In this document: piece after piece, positions 38,023 to 46,616 of the stretch | How the letters are laid out: every line of letters begins with the position of its first letter | Numbering within the stretch: position 1 is the first letter of the stretch | Source: Nitrospirota bacterium | GTDB lineage: Bacteria > JACPQY01 | NCBI GenBank assembly: GCA_016180645.1 | Contig: JACPAV010000014.1 | Coordinates: 1-64,000, forward strand | Length of the DNA: 64,000 nucleotides | Direction: 5' to 3' | Notes under the pieces: generated by a model | Database searches by the model: none | Seen by the model: only the letters and a program-made list of their open reading frames with translations | Told to the model about the DNA's origin: nothing | Translations under genes and position numbers: made by a program

Positions 38023-40875
38023 ATGAAATCCAGGTTTCTGACATTGATCGGCGCCGGTCTGGCCATTGCATTGGCTGGATGTAGCGCCGAAGAACTGGCC
38101 GCGCTCAATGCGCAAATGCAGGCCGCCGGAGTCCAAGGCGCGCAGACGGGCACCGCCGTCACAGCCGTCGGCTCAACGACGACCACGATCAACAGCACCG
38201 TGCAGACCATTCAAACGGTGACCGACATGGCTTCAAGCGTGTCGGACATGAGCAGCTCGAGCGAGAGCCTGTCGGACAGCTCGTCCACCGCCTCCTCAGG
38301 CAGCGCCACCAACAGCTCGTCGCTCATGGGCGGCCTCCGCGGCGCGCCGATGAGACAGACGACCTCCACCACCACCGCCTGCGATCCAGCGAAAATGCTG
38401 TGCCCCCCACCCCCCTGTGATCCGGCCAAGATGCTGTGCCCTCCCCCCCCAACGGGAACGACAACGACCACTCAGCCCGTCCAGCCTCCGCCGCCCCCGA
38501 AGCCGCCGGATCCGGAAACCGTCTGCACCACAACACCCCCCGCAGGCTCTTACATTCCCTGCTTCTGCGTGTTCCACAAGCCGGCTCTGTTCGCCGACCA
38601 AGGCGCTGTAACCTGCGAAGAGCAGCGTCCACCCGCGCCCGGCGAAGGAAGCAACTTCCAGAAAATGACAGGCACGATTACCGTGGTTACTCAGGAGGAC
38701 GGCTGTCTCAACGCCTCCTTTGCGATCGCCGGCATGCCGAGCGACGCCCAGGTGGGCGATGATATGAAAAAGAACTGCACGGCCTCCGGGAGCACCATGA
38801 GCTGCAAGCTGGGCATGCTCGTCTGCCCGGTCACCGCCAAATGCCAGGACGGGAGCGTGAAGACCTTCTATAACCCGGCTCAGCAGCAGCAGGGTGGCCC
38901 TCCAACCCTTCGAGGCCGGTTCCAATTTCCTCCGGGGCTGGAACCCCCCAAGGAGTTCACGAAGGACAACAAGGAAGACACGAAGGCGTGGCTCCGAAAG
39001 CTCGTGGACACCATCGAGGCGGCGAAAGACGAGAGCAACCTCCGCGCGCTGCTCAAAACGTTCGTCACCTCCGAATCCGGCTGGGTGACGATGGTCAATG
39101 TCGAGCGGTGCAACAACAACGGTGGAAAGCCTTGCCCTCCGGATCCGGATCCCAACGGACCGAAGGAGGTCAAAGCGACCATGATCCAGTTCGGCACGCA
39201 GCAGCTGCCTCCGGCCGTCTGCCCCGGTGAACAAGGACCCACCGCGCCCCCGTTGATGGTGAACTACCAAACGGGTTTCGCCGCGATCACGGTGGATGGG
39301 AAAGTGCCGGGCATCGGACAGATCAGCATGGACGTGTTCCACGCTGAGTTCGAGAGACCCTCCGACGAAGCGTGCACGCCAAACAAACTGGATGGCACAC
39401 CGCTATCGGACAGTGTGAAGGGCAAGGGACGTCTGATCAACGGCCGTCGAGCCGAAATCGGCAGCCAGGGCGACTACTTCGCCGCGGGCAAGACCACCCG
39501 CTGCCAGGCCCTCGAGGCCGTGGCCGCCGCGAGCACCGCAGGCGCACAGTTCACCCCGCCGATCACCTACGTGGACGAGCTGCGGAACGACGTTCGCCAA
39601 CTTCCTAAACCGCAAGCGAACAAGGACGGCAAATTGCCGTTCCGCTATCCGGTGTTGATGAATGAAGAAACACGCATGTCCATGGTGGTGAAACCGCAGG
39701 GCTTGCGCAGCGAAGCAGGCAAGTATGGCGGTGATCTCCCCCCCGTGCCGCAGGCGAGACCCGGTCAACCCGGTCCCGGTCAGCCCGGCCCCGGACCCAT
39801 TGTCGGCCCGCCGCCGGCACCGGTTGGCCTTCCGGGTCCCGGAACCCCGCCTCCTCCGGCCATAGCCGTGAGCGAACTCAGATTGCAGGTTCAACGGCCC
39901 GGCGGTGATCAAACCAAGCCCGGCACCGGAGTCCAGGGCGGCCAACCCGGCCAAGGCCCCGGTGGCCCCGGCCAGATGATGGGCGGATGCCCCGGCGAAG
40001 GCGCGGGCCAACGCACGGAGGTCATCACGTTCTCCGACGACAAAACCGAAACCCGTGTCCAGTCTTTCATCAAGAAGGAAGGCCAGTGCCGTCCGACCCC
40101 GATCGGAAAAGACGGCAAGCCCCTCGAGATCACGGAGGACGACAAGGGCAACCTGAAAACGAAGCTGAAGGATGAAGCGACCGGCGAGGAGATCGAGGCG
40201 ACCGTGGAGAACCCCGACTCTGAGAACAAGGTCGTGAAGATCAGCGCGGGCTTTGTGACGGGATCGATCTCGTATCACGCGGCCGACGAAAACGGCATCA
40301 TCGCCGAGGGCGAGCTCAAGGTGAAAGTGCTGAAGACCGAGGTCGAAGTGACGATCCTCTTGAGCGAAGCCGGCTGGCAGCACGTGCGCGGCAAGGTTGG
40401 AACGTCGGATAGCAAGACGGTCACCTTCTGGCAAAACCGCACGACCTTCAAGGATGAAGCGACCGGCACCGACCGTGATGGCGCGGAGATCGTGTTCGCG
40501 CTCGGCAGCCAACCCCCGGCGAAGCTGACCGAAACGCCCGACACCACGGGCGCCGAAGCCACGGGATCGATCAACATGTTCGTCCCCGGCACCCCGGACA
40601 AGAAGGACTGCGAGAACACCGGCAATGGTGTGATGAAGCTCGTCACCGGAGGGGATTCGGGCCAGGAACTCACGCTCGCGCTCTTCGAGGATGAAACGTC
40701 CATCGTGAAAACGAAGGACGGCACGGTAGCTAACGAGCCGCTCGAAGGCTGTGCGCTCGCGAAAGGCGGAACGGGCAAAGCCACGTCCGCTTCCACCACG
40801 GGTCAGACCGCATCCAGCGGTCAGGCGACCACGACGGGCGGAACCACCGCGACAGCGACGGCCTACCGCTTCTAG
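38023..40875 (+). CDS. Large Cys/Pro/Thr-rich orphan lipoprotein (950 aa)
   Basis: AAGGAGG RBS; MKSRFLTLIGAGLAIALAGC lipobox; low-complexity linkers; followed by a terminator. Confidence 0.85.
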   Translation: MKSRFLTLIGAGLAIALAGCSAEELAALNAQMQAAGVQGAQTGTAVTAVGSTTTTINSTVQTIQTVTDMASSVSDMSSSSESLSDSSSTASSGSATNSSSLMGGLRGAPMRQTTSTTTACDPAKMLCPPPPCDPAKMLCPPPPTGTTTTTQPVQPPPPPKPPDPETVCTTTPPAGSYIPCFCVFHKPALFADQGAVTCEEQRPPAPGEGSNFQKMTGTITVVTQEDGCLNASFAIAGMPSDAQVGDDMKKNCTASGSTMSCKLGMLVCPVTAKCQDGSVKTFYNPAQQQQGGPPTLRGRFQFPPGLEPPKEFTKDNKEDTKAWLRKLVDTIEAAKDESNLRALLKTFVTSESGWVTMVNVERCNNNGGKPCPPDPDPNGPKEVKATMIQFGTQQLPPAVCPGEQGPTAPPLMVNYQTGFAAITVDGKVPGIGQISMDVFHAEFERPSDEACTPNKLDGTPLSDSVKGKGRLINGRRAEIGSQGDYFAAGKTTRCQALEAVAAASTAGAQFTPPITYVDELRNDVRQLPKPQANKDGKLPFRYPVLMNEETRMSMVVKPQGLRSEAGKYGGDLPPVPQARPGQPGPGQPGPGPIVGPPPAPVGLPGPGTPPPPAIAVSELRLQVQRPGGDQTKPGTGVQGGQPGQGPGGPGQMMGGCPGEGAGQRTEVITFSDDKTETRVQSFIKKEGQCRPTPIGKDGKPLEITEDDKGNLKTKLKDEATGEEIEATVENPDSENKVVKISAGFVTGSISYHAADENGIIAEGELKVKVLKTEVEVTILLSEAGWQHVRGKVGTSDSKTVTFWQNRTTFKDEATGTDRDGAEIVFALGSQPPAKLTETPDTTGAEATGSINMFVPGTPDKKDCENTGNGVMKLVTGGDSGQELTLALFEDETSIVKTKDGTVANEPLEGCALAKGGTGKATSASTTGQTASSGQATTTGGTTATATAYRF

Positions 40876-40899
40876 ACCGTCTAACTCAAGCCAACAACG

Positions 40900-40934
40900 C
40901 CCCCCATCACGAAAGTGATGGGGGGTTCTTTTTT
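40900..40934 (+). terminator. Rho-independent terminator
   Basis: ccccccatcac-gaaa-gtgatgggggg then ttctttttt. Confidence 0.88.
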
Positions 40935-41236
40935 CCGGCCAGAATCAGCCACGCTCAGGGTGGTTTTGGCGAAATCCGGCAATATCTCAAAATTGCACTG
41001 TGGCGCGCTCCATCTCCAATTCAGCCCCGAAGACCTCCGAATCTGGGCTGTAGCAAAATACTTGTAATTATATTGACTTATGAGAACGCTCCTTGGGTTT
41101 CCTATTCGAGCACTTTCAGAGCATTTGGATGGAGTGGAACCATTGTTGCACTTGAAAGACTGTGACGGGCACGGCCACGAGAAAACGCTTGACACGAAAA
41201 ACTTGTGGTGCTTTAGTACGCGCGTTGGAGGTGCAC

Positions 41237-42799
41237 ATGCGACACCAAGTTGTGAGAACTAAGTTTCTAGCTGTCTTCATGGTTTCGCTCTCGGCCCTGA
41301 TCGTGGGCTGCGCGAAAGGGGGGCCCGATCCGGAGCGAACTCTGAATCTCCGCATGTATGACGCGCAAGTCCCAAAGGCCCTCGCCAAACTCCAACTGCG
41401 CGCCGTCACCTTCGGCGGGTTCCAGGATTTCAACACCGATGGCGAAGCGAAAATCAATCTCCCGGAAGGGCGTACGCAAGTCGGTGTCGTCGTCGAGCGG
41501 AAGACCGATCGTATGGTGCTCCTCTCCTACAGCTTCCCCGAATGGATCGAACGCGATGCCCTCCGTCCCTTCACCAGCCGGAACGACAAAGTCAAAGTCA
41601 ACGCCGAAAGCACCGCCCTCGCGCTCACCATGATCAACCCCCTGTTCTTCGGGACGACGATCGAGCAGAAGGCCGACATCGCGGAAAAAGCCGTGATCCT
41701 GCCCGAATTCAATGAACTTACCAGGCAAATCCGGAAGGCGTGGGATGACGATCCGACGAACGCCCTCGACTACAACCGCAATCCGCATCTTTTCTATCTG
41801 GCCCATGATGTGTCCGTCAGCGCCGCGAAGATGCTCGTCGATGAGCGCGTGCCTCAGAACGCCCCCCGCCGAGCCGCCTCCATCGACAAAGATGCCGCGT
41901 GGATCGAGCAAATCTCCGGCCTGAACGCCGTTTTCAAGAATCCGAAAATGATCTACTACGGCGCGGGCGTGTACACCCAGTCGGCCAGCGACAAGAATCC
42001 GACGGCCACCGTATTGGTGAACGACAAGGAGAAAGTCATCGATTTCAGCATCTGGCCCCCGAAGGTGGAAATCGCGGCGCCTCGCGAAACCCCCTACACG
42101 CTGCCGGGCCCCGGACTCTGGCGCGTGGGCATCTTCAAAGGCATGGACATCAACATGCCGCTCGAGGAGATGTGGGCCACTCCGCCCGCGCAGCTCGCCT
42201 TTATCGGCAACACCTGGCAGACAGTCATCATGATCATCAGCCTTGCGGGCGACACGGGCCTCGTGCCGGGCGCCGGCCAGGTCGGTTCCTTCATGCGAAG
42301 CATGATGGACTTTGACGACATCTACCCGATCTACCAGGCCATCCAGACGGGGGACCAAATGACGATCATCAACGCCTTCGTGAAGTTTTTCCAAGACCAC
42401 TGGACGGACATCGCCGGCTTCATCTTCAACTCCGTGAAGTCCAACGGCGGCGACACCCAGGCCGCGTCCAGCCTCCTGGGCAAAGTCGGCGAACTCGCCG
42501 GCATTGCCACAAGCCTGTTCAACGTGGTGAATGTCGAGGTCCCGTTCTTCTATGATCTGATCACGGCCCATCCGAAAGCCGTCTACCTCATGCAGGACGG
42601 CGTCGTCTCCAGCAGCCAGGTTCAGACCAGCTCCTGCGCGCAGGTGTACTACGGCGCCGTTCCAGTGGGCGGACTCAAAGACGCTGCCGTGTCCGTGGTG
42701 TTGCTCATCGCACCCCTCCTCATTGTCATCTATATCCGTCGGCAAGAACGAAAGGTGCGCCCCCGGCGCCCCGTATCCATTAGCCTCGACAGAGGCTAG
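41237..42799 (+). CDS. Hypothetical lipoprotein with an additional C-terminal TM/basic tail
   Basis: GGAGG RBS; lipobox LIVGC; C-terminal SSC...AVSVVLLIAPLLIVIYIRR. Confidence 0.8.
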   Translation: MRHQVVRTKFLAVFMVSLSALIVGCAKGGPDPERTLNLRMYDAQVPKALAKLQLRAVTFGGFQDFNTDGEAKINLPEGRTQVGVVVERKTDRMVLLSYSFPEWIERDALRPFTSRNDKVKVNAESTALALTMINPLFFGTTIEQKADIAEKAVILPEFNELTRQIRKAWDDDPTNALDYNRNPHLFYLAHDVSVSAAKMLVDERVPQNAPRRAASIDKDAAWIEQISGLNAVFKNPKMIYYGAGVYTQSASDKNPTATVLVNDKEKVIDFSIWPPKVEIAAPRETPYTLPGPGLWRVGIFKGMDINMPLEEMWATPPAQLAFIGNTWQTVIMIISLAGDTGLVPGAGQVGSFMRSMMDFDDIYPIYQAIQTGDQMTIINAFVKFFQDHWTDIAGFIFNSVKSNGGDTQAASSLLGKVGELAGIATSLFNVVNVEVPFFYDLITAHPKAVYLMQDGVVSSSQVQTSSCAQVYYGAVPVGGLKDAAVSVVLLIAPLLIVIYIRRQERKVRPRRPVSISLDRG

Positions 42800-42821
42800 C
42801 TCCCCAGTACTCGCAGGGAGA

Positions 42822-42849
42822 GGCCCCGCTTCCGGGGCCCTCTTTTTTT
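42822..42849 (+). terminator. Rho-independent terminator
   Basis: ggccccg-cttc-cggggcc then ctcttttttt. Confidence 0.8.
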
Positions 42850-42864
42850 GTGTAGCATAGCCGG

Positions 42865-43254
42865 GTGAATCCTCTTCCCCGCTCCGCACTGCTGTTCACT
42901 GTTCACTGTTTACTGTTCACTGCTTCGTGCGGCAGCGACAACCCCTGCGAGGGCAAGGCCGGCGGCCTTCCCGCCTTGAAGGTCATCAATCCGACGGATT
43001 GCGACTTGAACGTAACGGTAGAGCAGGGCCGGCTACTCTATGTTCCGGCGAAGGGCATCGGCTGCCAGGCGGATTTGGGATCTACTCCCCTGACAGGCGA
43101 TCACACCGTCCAGGCAACGAAGAACAAGACCGGCGAAGTGTGCGAGACCCAAAGTGTGGATTTCGGTTCGGCCCCCTCCGATCCGGCGGCCCAAGGCCGC
43201 GTCGTGACCTACCAGCCCTCGCTGGCAAGCTGTATTTGCGAAGTCCCGAAGTAG
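42865..43254 (+). CDS. Small Cys-rich lipoprotein
   Basis: Lipobox-like FTASC; six further Cys; signal peptide encoded partly by heptamer repeats. Confidence 0.65.
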   Translation: MNPLPRSALLFTVHCLLFTASCGSDNPCEGKAGGLPALKVINPTDCDLNVTVEQGRLLYVPAKGIGCQADLGSTPLTGDHTVQATKNKTGEVCETQSVDFGSAPSDPAAQGRVVTYQPSLASCICEVPK

Positions 43255-43289
43255 CGGCGACTAGGCTCTGTTTGAAAACGCGATGGACC

Positions 43290-43413
43290 GGTAGCCGCAG
43301 GCTTCAGCCTGCGTCCGAAGACGCACCCTAAAGGCCATGTGACATGCCGTGCCATCCGTGGCACGGCGACATCTCATGGCCCCATACCGTCCTCGGCATG
43401 GGGGTGCGACTAC
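43290..43413 (+). repeat. GTAG-type REP doublet interrupted by mini-insert copy B
   Basis: ggtagccgcaggcttcagcctgcg...cgcaccctaaagg[insert]ggtgcgactacc. Confidence 0.85.
43335..43401 (-). mobile_element. Double-hairpin GGA-loop mini-insert (copy B)
   Basis: Minus strand cc-[ccatgcc GAGGAC ggtatgg]-gg-[ccatg..gccgtgcca CGGA tggcacggc..catgg]-cc. Confidence 0.75.
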
Positions 43414-43455
43414 CCAGAGATGCGCCTTGGCAATGATGGGTTTTTCAAGCAGCGC

Positions 43456-44229
43456 CTACGCGCCGAGGGCCTGCTTGATGCGCGAGAGGGATTCCGGAAT
43501 GGCGTCCCGCTCCACGAGCTCCAGAGTGAGCAAGGGACGGCCCACCAGAGGCAAGTCTTCCTTCAAGATTTTTTCAAAGTCGATCTTCCCCCGGCCGAGC
43601 GGAAGGTGCTGGTCCTCGGTCCCGTCATTGTCGTGCAGGTGAAGCTCGATGATGTGGTCCTTCAGCGCGTCGAACCAATTCCGAACGGAAACCTTGGAAT
43701 AGAGGTTGGCATGCCCCACGTCGATGCAGATCCCCATGCTGTCGTCCTTCAGGAGTTCGAGCAATTTCTGGTGCAGCACGGGGGAGTCTTCGTAGACATT
43801 CTCCAGCGCAATCCGAATTCCGGCATTCTGCGCCGTTTCCGCCAGATGGGACCAGGTTTCGACGCTGTTTTGAAGCCACTCATCGGTGTGCCGGTGGTGT
43901 TGCTTCGGCTCGTAGCCCAGATGGCACACAACCGATCGAGCGCGTAACACCTCGGCCACCTCCAGCAGTTCTTCCAGCCGCTCCCGGGTCGCCGTCCGCA
44001 CCCGGCGGTCGAACGCGCCGGGGCTCAAGTCGCGGTAAGGAGCGTGAACGGTGACGTGAAGGGACTGGGGCAACTCGCGCGCGAGCTTTTCCACGTCCTT
44101 CATCTTCAGGGAATCGAGATCCTCCGCGTTGAGGCGAACTTCGGGTTGCACCGCGTGCGGAGTGAGGAATTCGAGATCCTGCCTCAGACGGCTGAAAGGT
44201 ATGTATGCGTGATACGAGTAGGGTTCCAT
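43456..44229 (-). CDS. Sugar phosphate isomerase/epimerase (xylose isomerase-like TIM barrel)
   Basis: HAPY, IALENV, CIDVGH, LHLHDN..DQH..LG.G.IDF, TLE. Confidence 0.88.
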   Translation of the reverse strand: MEPYSYHAYIPFSRLRQDLEFLTPHAVQPEVRLNAEDLDSLKMKDVEKLARELPQSLHVTVHAPYRDLSPGAFDRRVRTATRERLEELLEVAEVLRARSVVCHLGYEPKQHHRHTDEWLQNSVETWSHLAETAQNAGIRIALENVYEDSPVLHQKLLELLKDDSMGICIDVGHANLYSKVSVRNWFDALKDHIIELHLHDNDGTEDQHLPLGRGKIDFEKILKEDLPLVGRPLLTLELVERDAIPESLSRIKQALGA

Positions 44230-44343
44230 AGTGCGCGGGATATTACAGTGTTTATTTTCCCCCGTCCATGGGTTGACTCACTTTTCTGTTCGCCGTCAGT
44301 GCTTGGGAGTGGGTTTTCGGTCTGGGGTCGCGGCGCAGGGGGC

Positions 44344-45435
44344 CTATGACCCTTCCGATCGCCGTCCCCCCGCGTTCCGCGGAGGGGCTGAGGCGTTTTT
44401 CCTGAAGGCGCGCTTCTGTACGATCGTCTGCGCAGCGTGACTGACCGCGCCGGACACTTCCCTGCTCTTGGCCAACCGCTCGAGTTCGAGCAGGCTGCCG
44501 ATCCCTTCGAGAAACCGGAGGACCAGAAAATGCGGTGTCTTGGGATTCTTGACGAGGAGATTCCGCACACGCGCATCCTTGGACCAATCGGTATGCGTTC
44601 CGATTCGGCGCAGGATGTCCTGCGACACGTTTCGGAGCTGGCAGAACTGGACGACCTCATCCACCGTCAGCGCCGGATTGGACAACACGCCCATCGCAAC
44701 GTCCAGGAAACCATCCTGCACCAGGATGTATCGGACGAAACGATTCGCGATCGGCGCAAGGAGCACTCGCCGAGGTCCCTCCATGTCCTTGAGCAGAGAC
44801 CGGATGGCCGGGAGTTGGTCCTCCGGCGTGCCGGCGTCGATCAGTGCGCTTGGGAAGAAGGATGCGTCCGGTGCGCCCTCGGAAGGGAGCCGCGCGGGTG
44901 CGGTCGCCTCGGGGGCGGCCGGTTCGGGCAGGGGAGGCGCCGTCGGTGCGACGAGGCCGGGAATGTCTCCCTCAAGCTGGAGGAGAAGCCACTGGGGGGT
45001 CAGGGGATTCTTGCGAAGGGAATGAAAGATTTTCGGAGCGGCGCGGATGCGGTCGTGGCGCTCGGCGATGATGCGGAGGATGAGCGGATCTTCGCAGTAT
45101 TCTGAGAGGAAGCAGAGGGTGTCTTCCGGCATGGCCGGAAGAGCAACGAGTTTTCCGATGACGGCGCTTTCCTGCCGGTACTTCTGCGCCAGAAATCCGA
45201 TCAGCCCGGGATCGTCCACGTGTTCGCACGCCGCCACCACGAGATTCTTCGGGAAGGATTCCAAGGTCTCGAGGGCCGTCTCGCGCACGGCGTCCTCATC
45301 CGCCTGGGTCAGAACGTGGAGAACATACAGTTGTTCCGGCGGCGAGAGCGGGAGCAGGCGGCGCGCGGCCAGCATGCGCGTCGCGGTCGGGCTGTCGGCC
45401 GCAATCGCCTTGCGGGCGGCTTCGGAGAGAATCAC
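44344..45435 (-). CDS. Conserved hypothetical alpha-helical repeat protein
   Basis: VLSNP.LT..EV...R.V..D.LR.I...W...VR..LVKNPKTP pattern recalled from deltaproteobacterial hypotheticals. Confidence 0.7.
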   Translation of the reverse strand: MILSEAARKAIAADSPTATRMLAARRLLPLSPPEQLYVLHVLTQADEDAVRETALETLESFPKNLVVAACEHVDDPGLIGFLAQKYRQESAVIGKLVALPAMPEDTLCFLSEYCEDPLILRIIAERHDRIRAAPKIFHSLRKNPLTPQWLLLQLEGDIPGLVAPTAPPLPEPAAPEATAPARLPSEGAPDASFFPSALIDAGTPEDQLPAIRSLLKDMEGPRRVLLAPIANRFVRYILVQDGFLDVAMGVLSNPALTVDEVVQFCQLRNVSQDILRRIGTHTDWSKDARVRNLLVKNPKTPHFLVLRFLEGIGSLLELERLAKSREVSGAVSHAAQTIVQKRAFRKNASAPPRNAGGRRSEGS

Positions 45436-45453
45436 AAGAGGAAAGTGGACCGG

Positions 45454-46410
45454 CTACTCTTCGAGAATCTTGGGCTCGTACCCTTTCTCCTTGAGCTTGC
45501 CGACGAGTCTTTGTGCCTGTGGCCGCGTAAGATGATCCACCCGCACGACGCGAACCTGCTTGGCCCCTTCCTCCTTGCGAATGTTGCTGGGCAGGCCCAG
45601 CGAGCGCACTTTCTTGACGCGGCGGTCCAACAGGCCCTGATCGCTGACGGCCTCAAACGTGATGAGATAAAGGATGCTTTCATCCTTCCTGCGGAACGTT
45701 CGGAGGGACATCTCGGTGGGCTTGAATCCGTGCTCCGGAAGATTCCGGAACACCAGCTCGGCGTCCTCGCGCTCCGGGAACGGACCGATCCTCAATTCAT
45801 ACGAGGTCCCTCCGGAATTCTTCCGGGTGACCAACGGCTCGTACCCGATCCGCCGAATTTCCCGGAGGGCGCGCTGGTAGTACGTTTGGCTCGCATAGCT
45901 GCCGATCTGAACGCTGAGGTCGCCTGCAGGCATTCGGACCGGCTTGGGCGCGCTCGGCCCCAAGCCACCACGAGATTCGGAGCGCGTCCGCGCTGTGCCC
46001 TCACCCGGCCTCCGGCCACCCTCTCCCGCTTGCGGGATAGGGATGGGGTGAGGGGTATCGGGGCGGTTTTCATATGCGCTCTCGATGTTGTCTTCACTGG
46101 AGGGCAGCAGAAGGTCTGAGGGGCCCGGTGTTTGGTTGGGGGGAGGGGCCACCGCCACCTCCCCGGGAAGTTCGGGGCGTTCCAGAAAGGAGGCCACGTT
46201 CCGGTACACGAAGAAAGCACCGAGCGCGATTCCCCCGAGGAGAACCATCAGAATAGGGAGGGGCGTGATGCGGACCACGCGTTCGCGAGGCGGCGAGAAA
46301 TCCCGGCGCGCGGGCGCGGGAGAGCCGATGGCATCGGAAACGAGGTCTTCGAGGAGTTTGTCTTCGTCGCCTTCCGGATCGTCCGGCATCTTTCCTTGAT
46401 AGTACGGCAA
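45454..46410 (-). CDS. SPOR domain-containing membrane protein
   Basis: Single TM, Pro-rich linker, VQIGSY, YELRIGPF..REDA, second SPOR-like repeat; start uncertain. Confidence 0.75.
   Translation of the reverse strand: MPYYQGKMPDDPEGDEDKLLEDLVSDAIGSPAPARRDFSPPRERVVRITPLPILMVLLGGIALGAFFVYRNVASFLERPELPGEVAVAPPPNQTPGPSDLLLPSSEDNIESAYENRPDTPHPIPIPQAGEGGRRPGEGTARTRSESRGGLGPSAPKPVRMPAGDLSVQIGSYASQTYYQRALREIRRIGYEPLVTRKNSGGTSYELRIGPFPEREDAELVFRNLPEHGFKPTEMSLRTFRRKDESILYLITFEAVSDQGLLDRRVKKVRSLGLPSNIRKEEGAKQVRVVRVDHLTRPQAQRLVGKLKEKGYEPKILEE
45998..46055. repeat. CCCTCACCC/CCCTCTCCC-type palindromic element in frame inside the SPOR gene
   Basis: ccctcacccggcctccggccaccctctcccgcttgcgggatagggatggggtgagggg encodes PHPIPIPQAGEGGRRPGEG. 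Confidence 0.7.
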
Positions 46411-46502
46411 CTCCGAAATTGCAATCGAGGTCCAACACCTGGTTCCGCTTCTCCGGTAGCCGAACCCTTTACGGGTGCGTCTTTCCGCGCCCGCGTGTTT
46501 CC

Positions 46503-46598
46503 GTCATTCCCGCGAAAGCGGGAATCCCGTGCCCAGGAAGGTACGGGACCATGCAATGTCGCCGCGCCAGGGATGGCGCGGCATGGGCCATGGTCCAG
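46503..46598 (+). repeat. GTCATTCCCGCGAAAGCGGGAATCCAG palindromic element interrupted by mini-insert copy C
   Basis: Removing 46527..46595 restores gtcattcccgcgaaagcgggaatccag. Confidence 0.8.
46527..46593 (+). mobile_element. Double-hairpin GGA-loop mini-insert (copy C)
   Basis: tc-[ccgtgcc CAGGAA ggtacgg]-ga-[ccatg..gccgcgcca GGGA tggcgcggc..catgg]-tc. Confidence 0.75.
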
Positions 46599-46616
46599 AT
46601 TCCTTCTGACCGACTC

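Noticed and set aside
40976-41200. AT-rich spacer as a replication origin or mobile element end
   Set aside because: No DnaA boxes, iterons or terminal repeats seen; more simply a promoter region.
4728-46598. Dispersed palindromic repeats as CRISPR or integron attC arrays
   Set aside because: Copies are scattered singly, with no regular repeat-spacer pattern and no cas or integrase genes.
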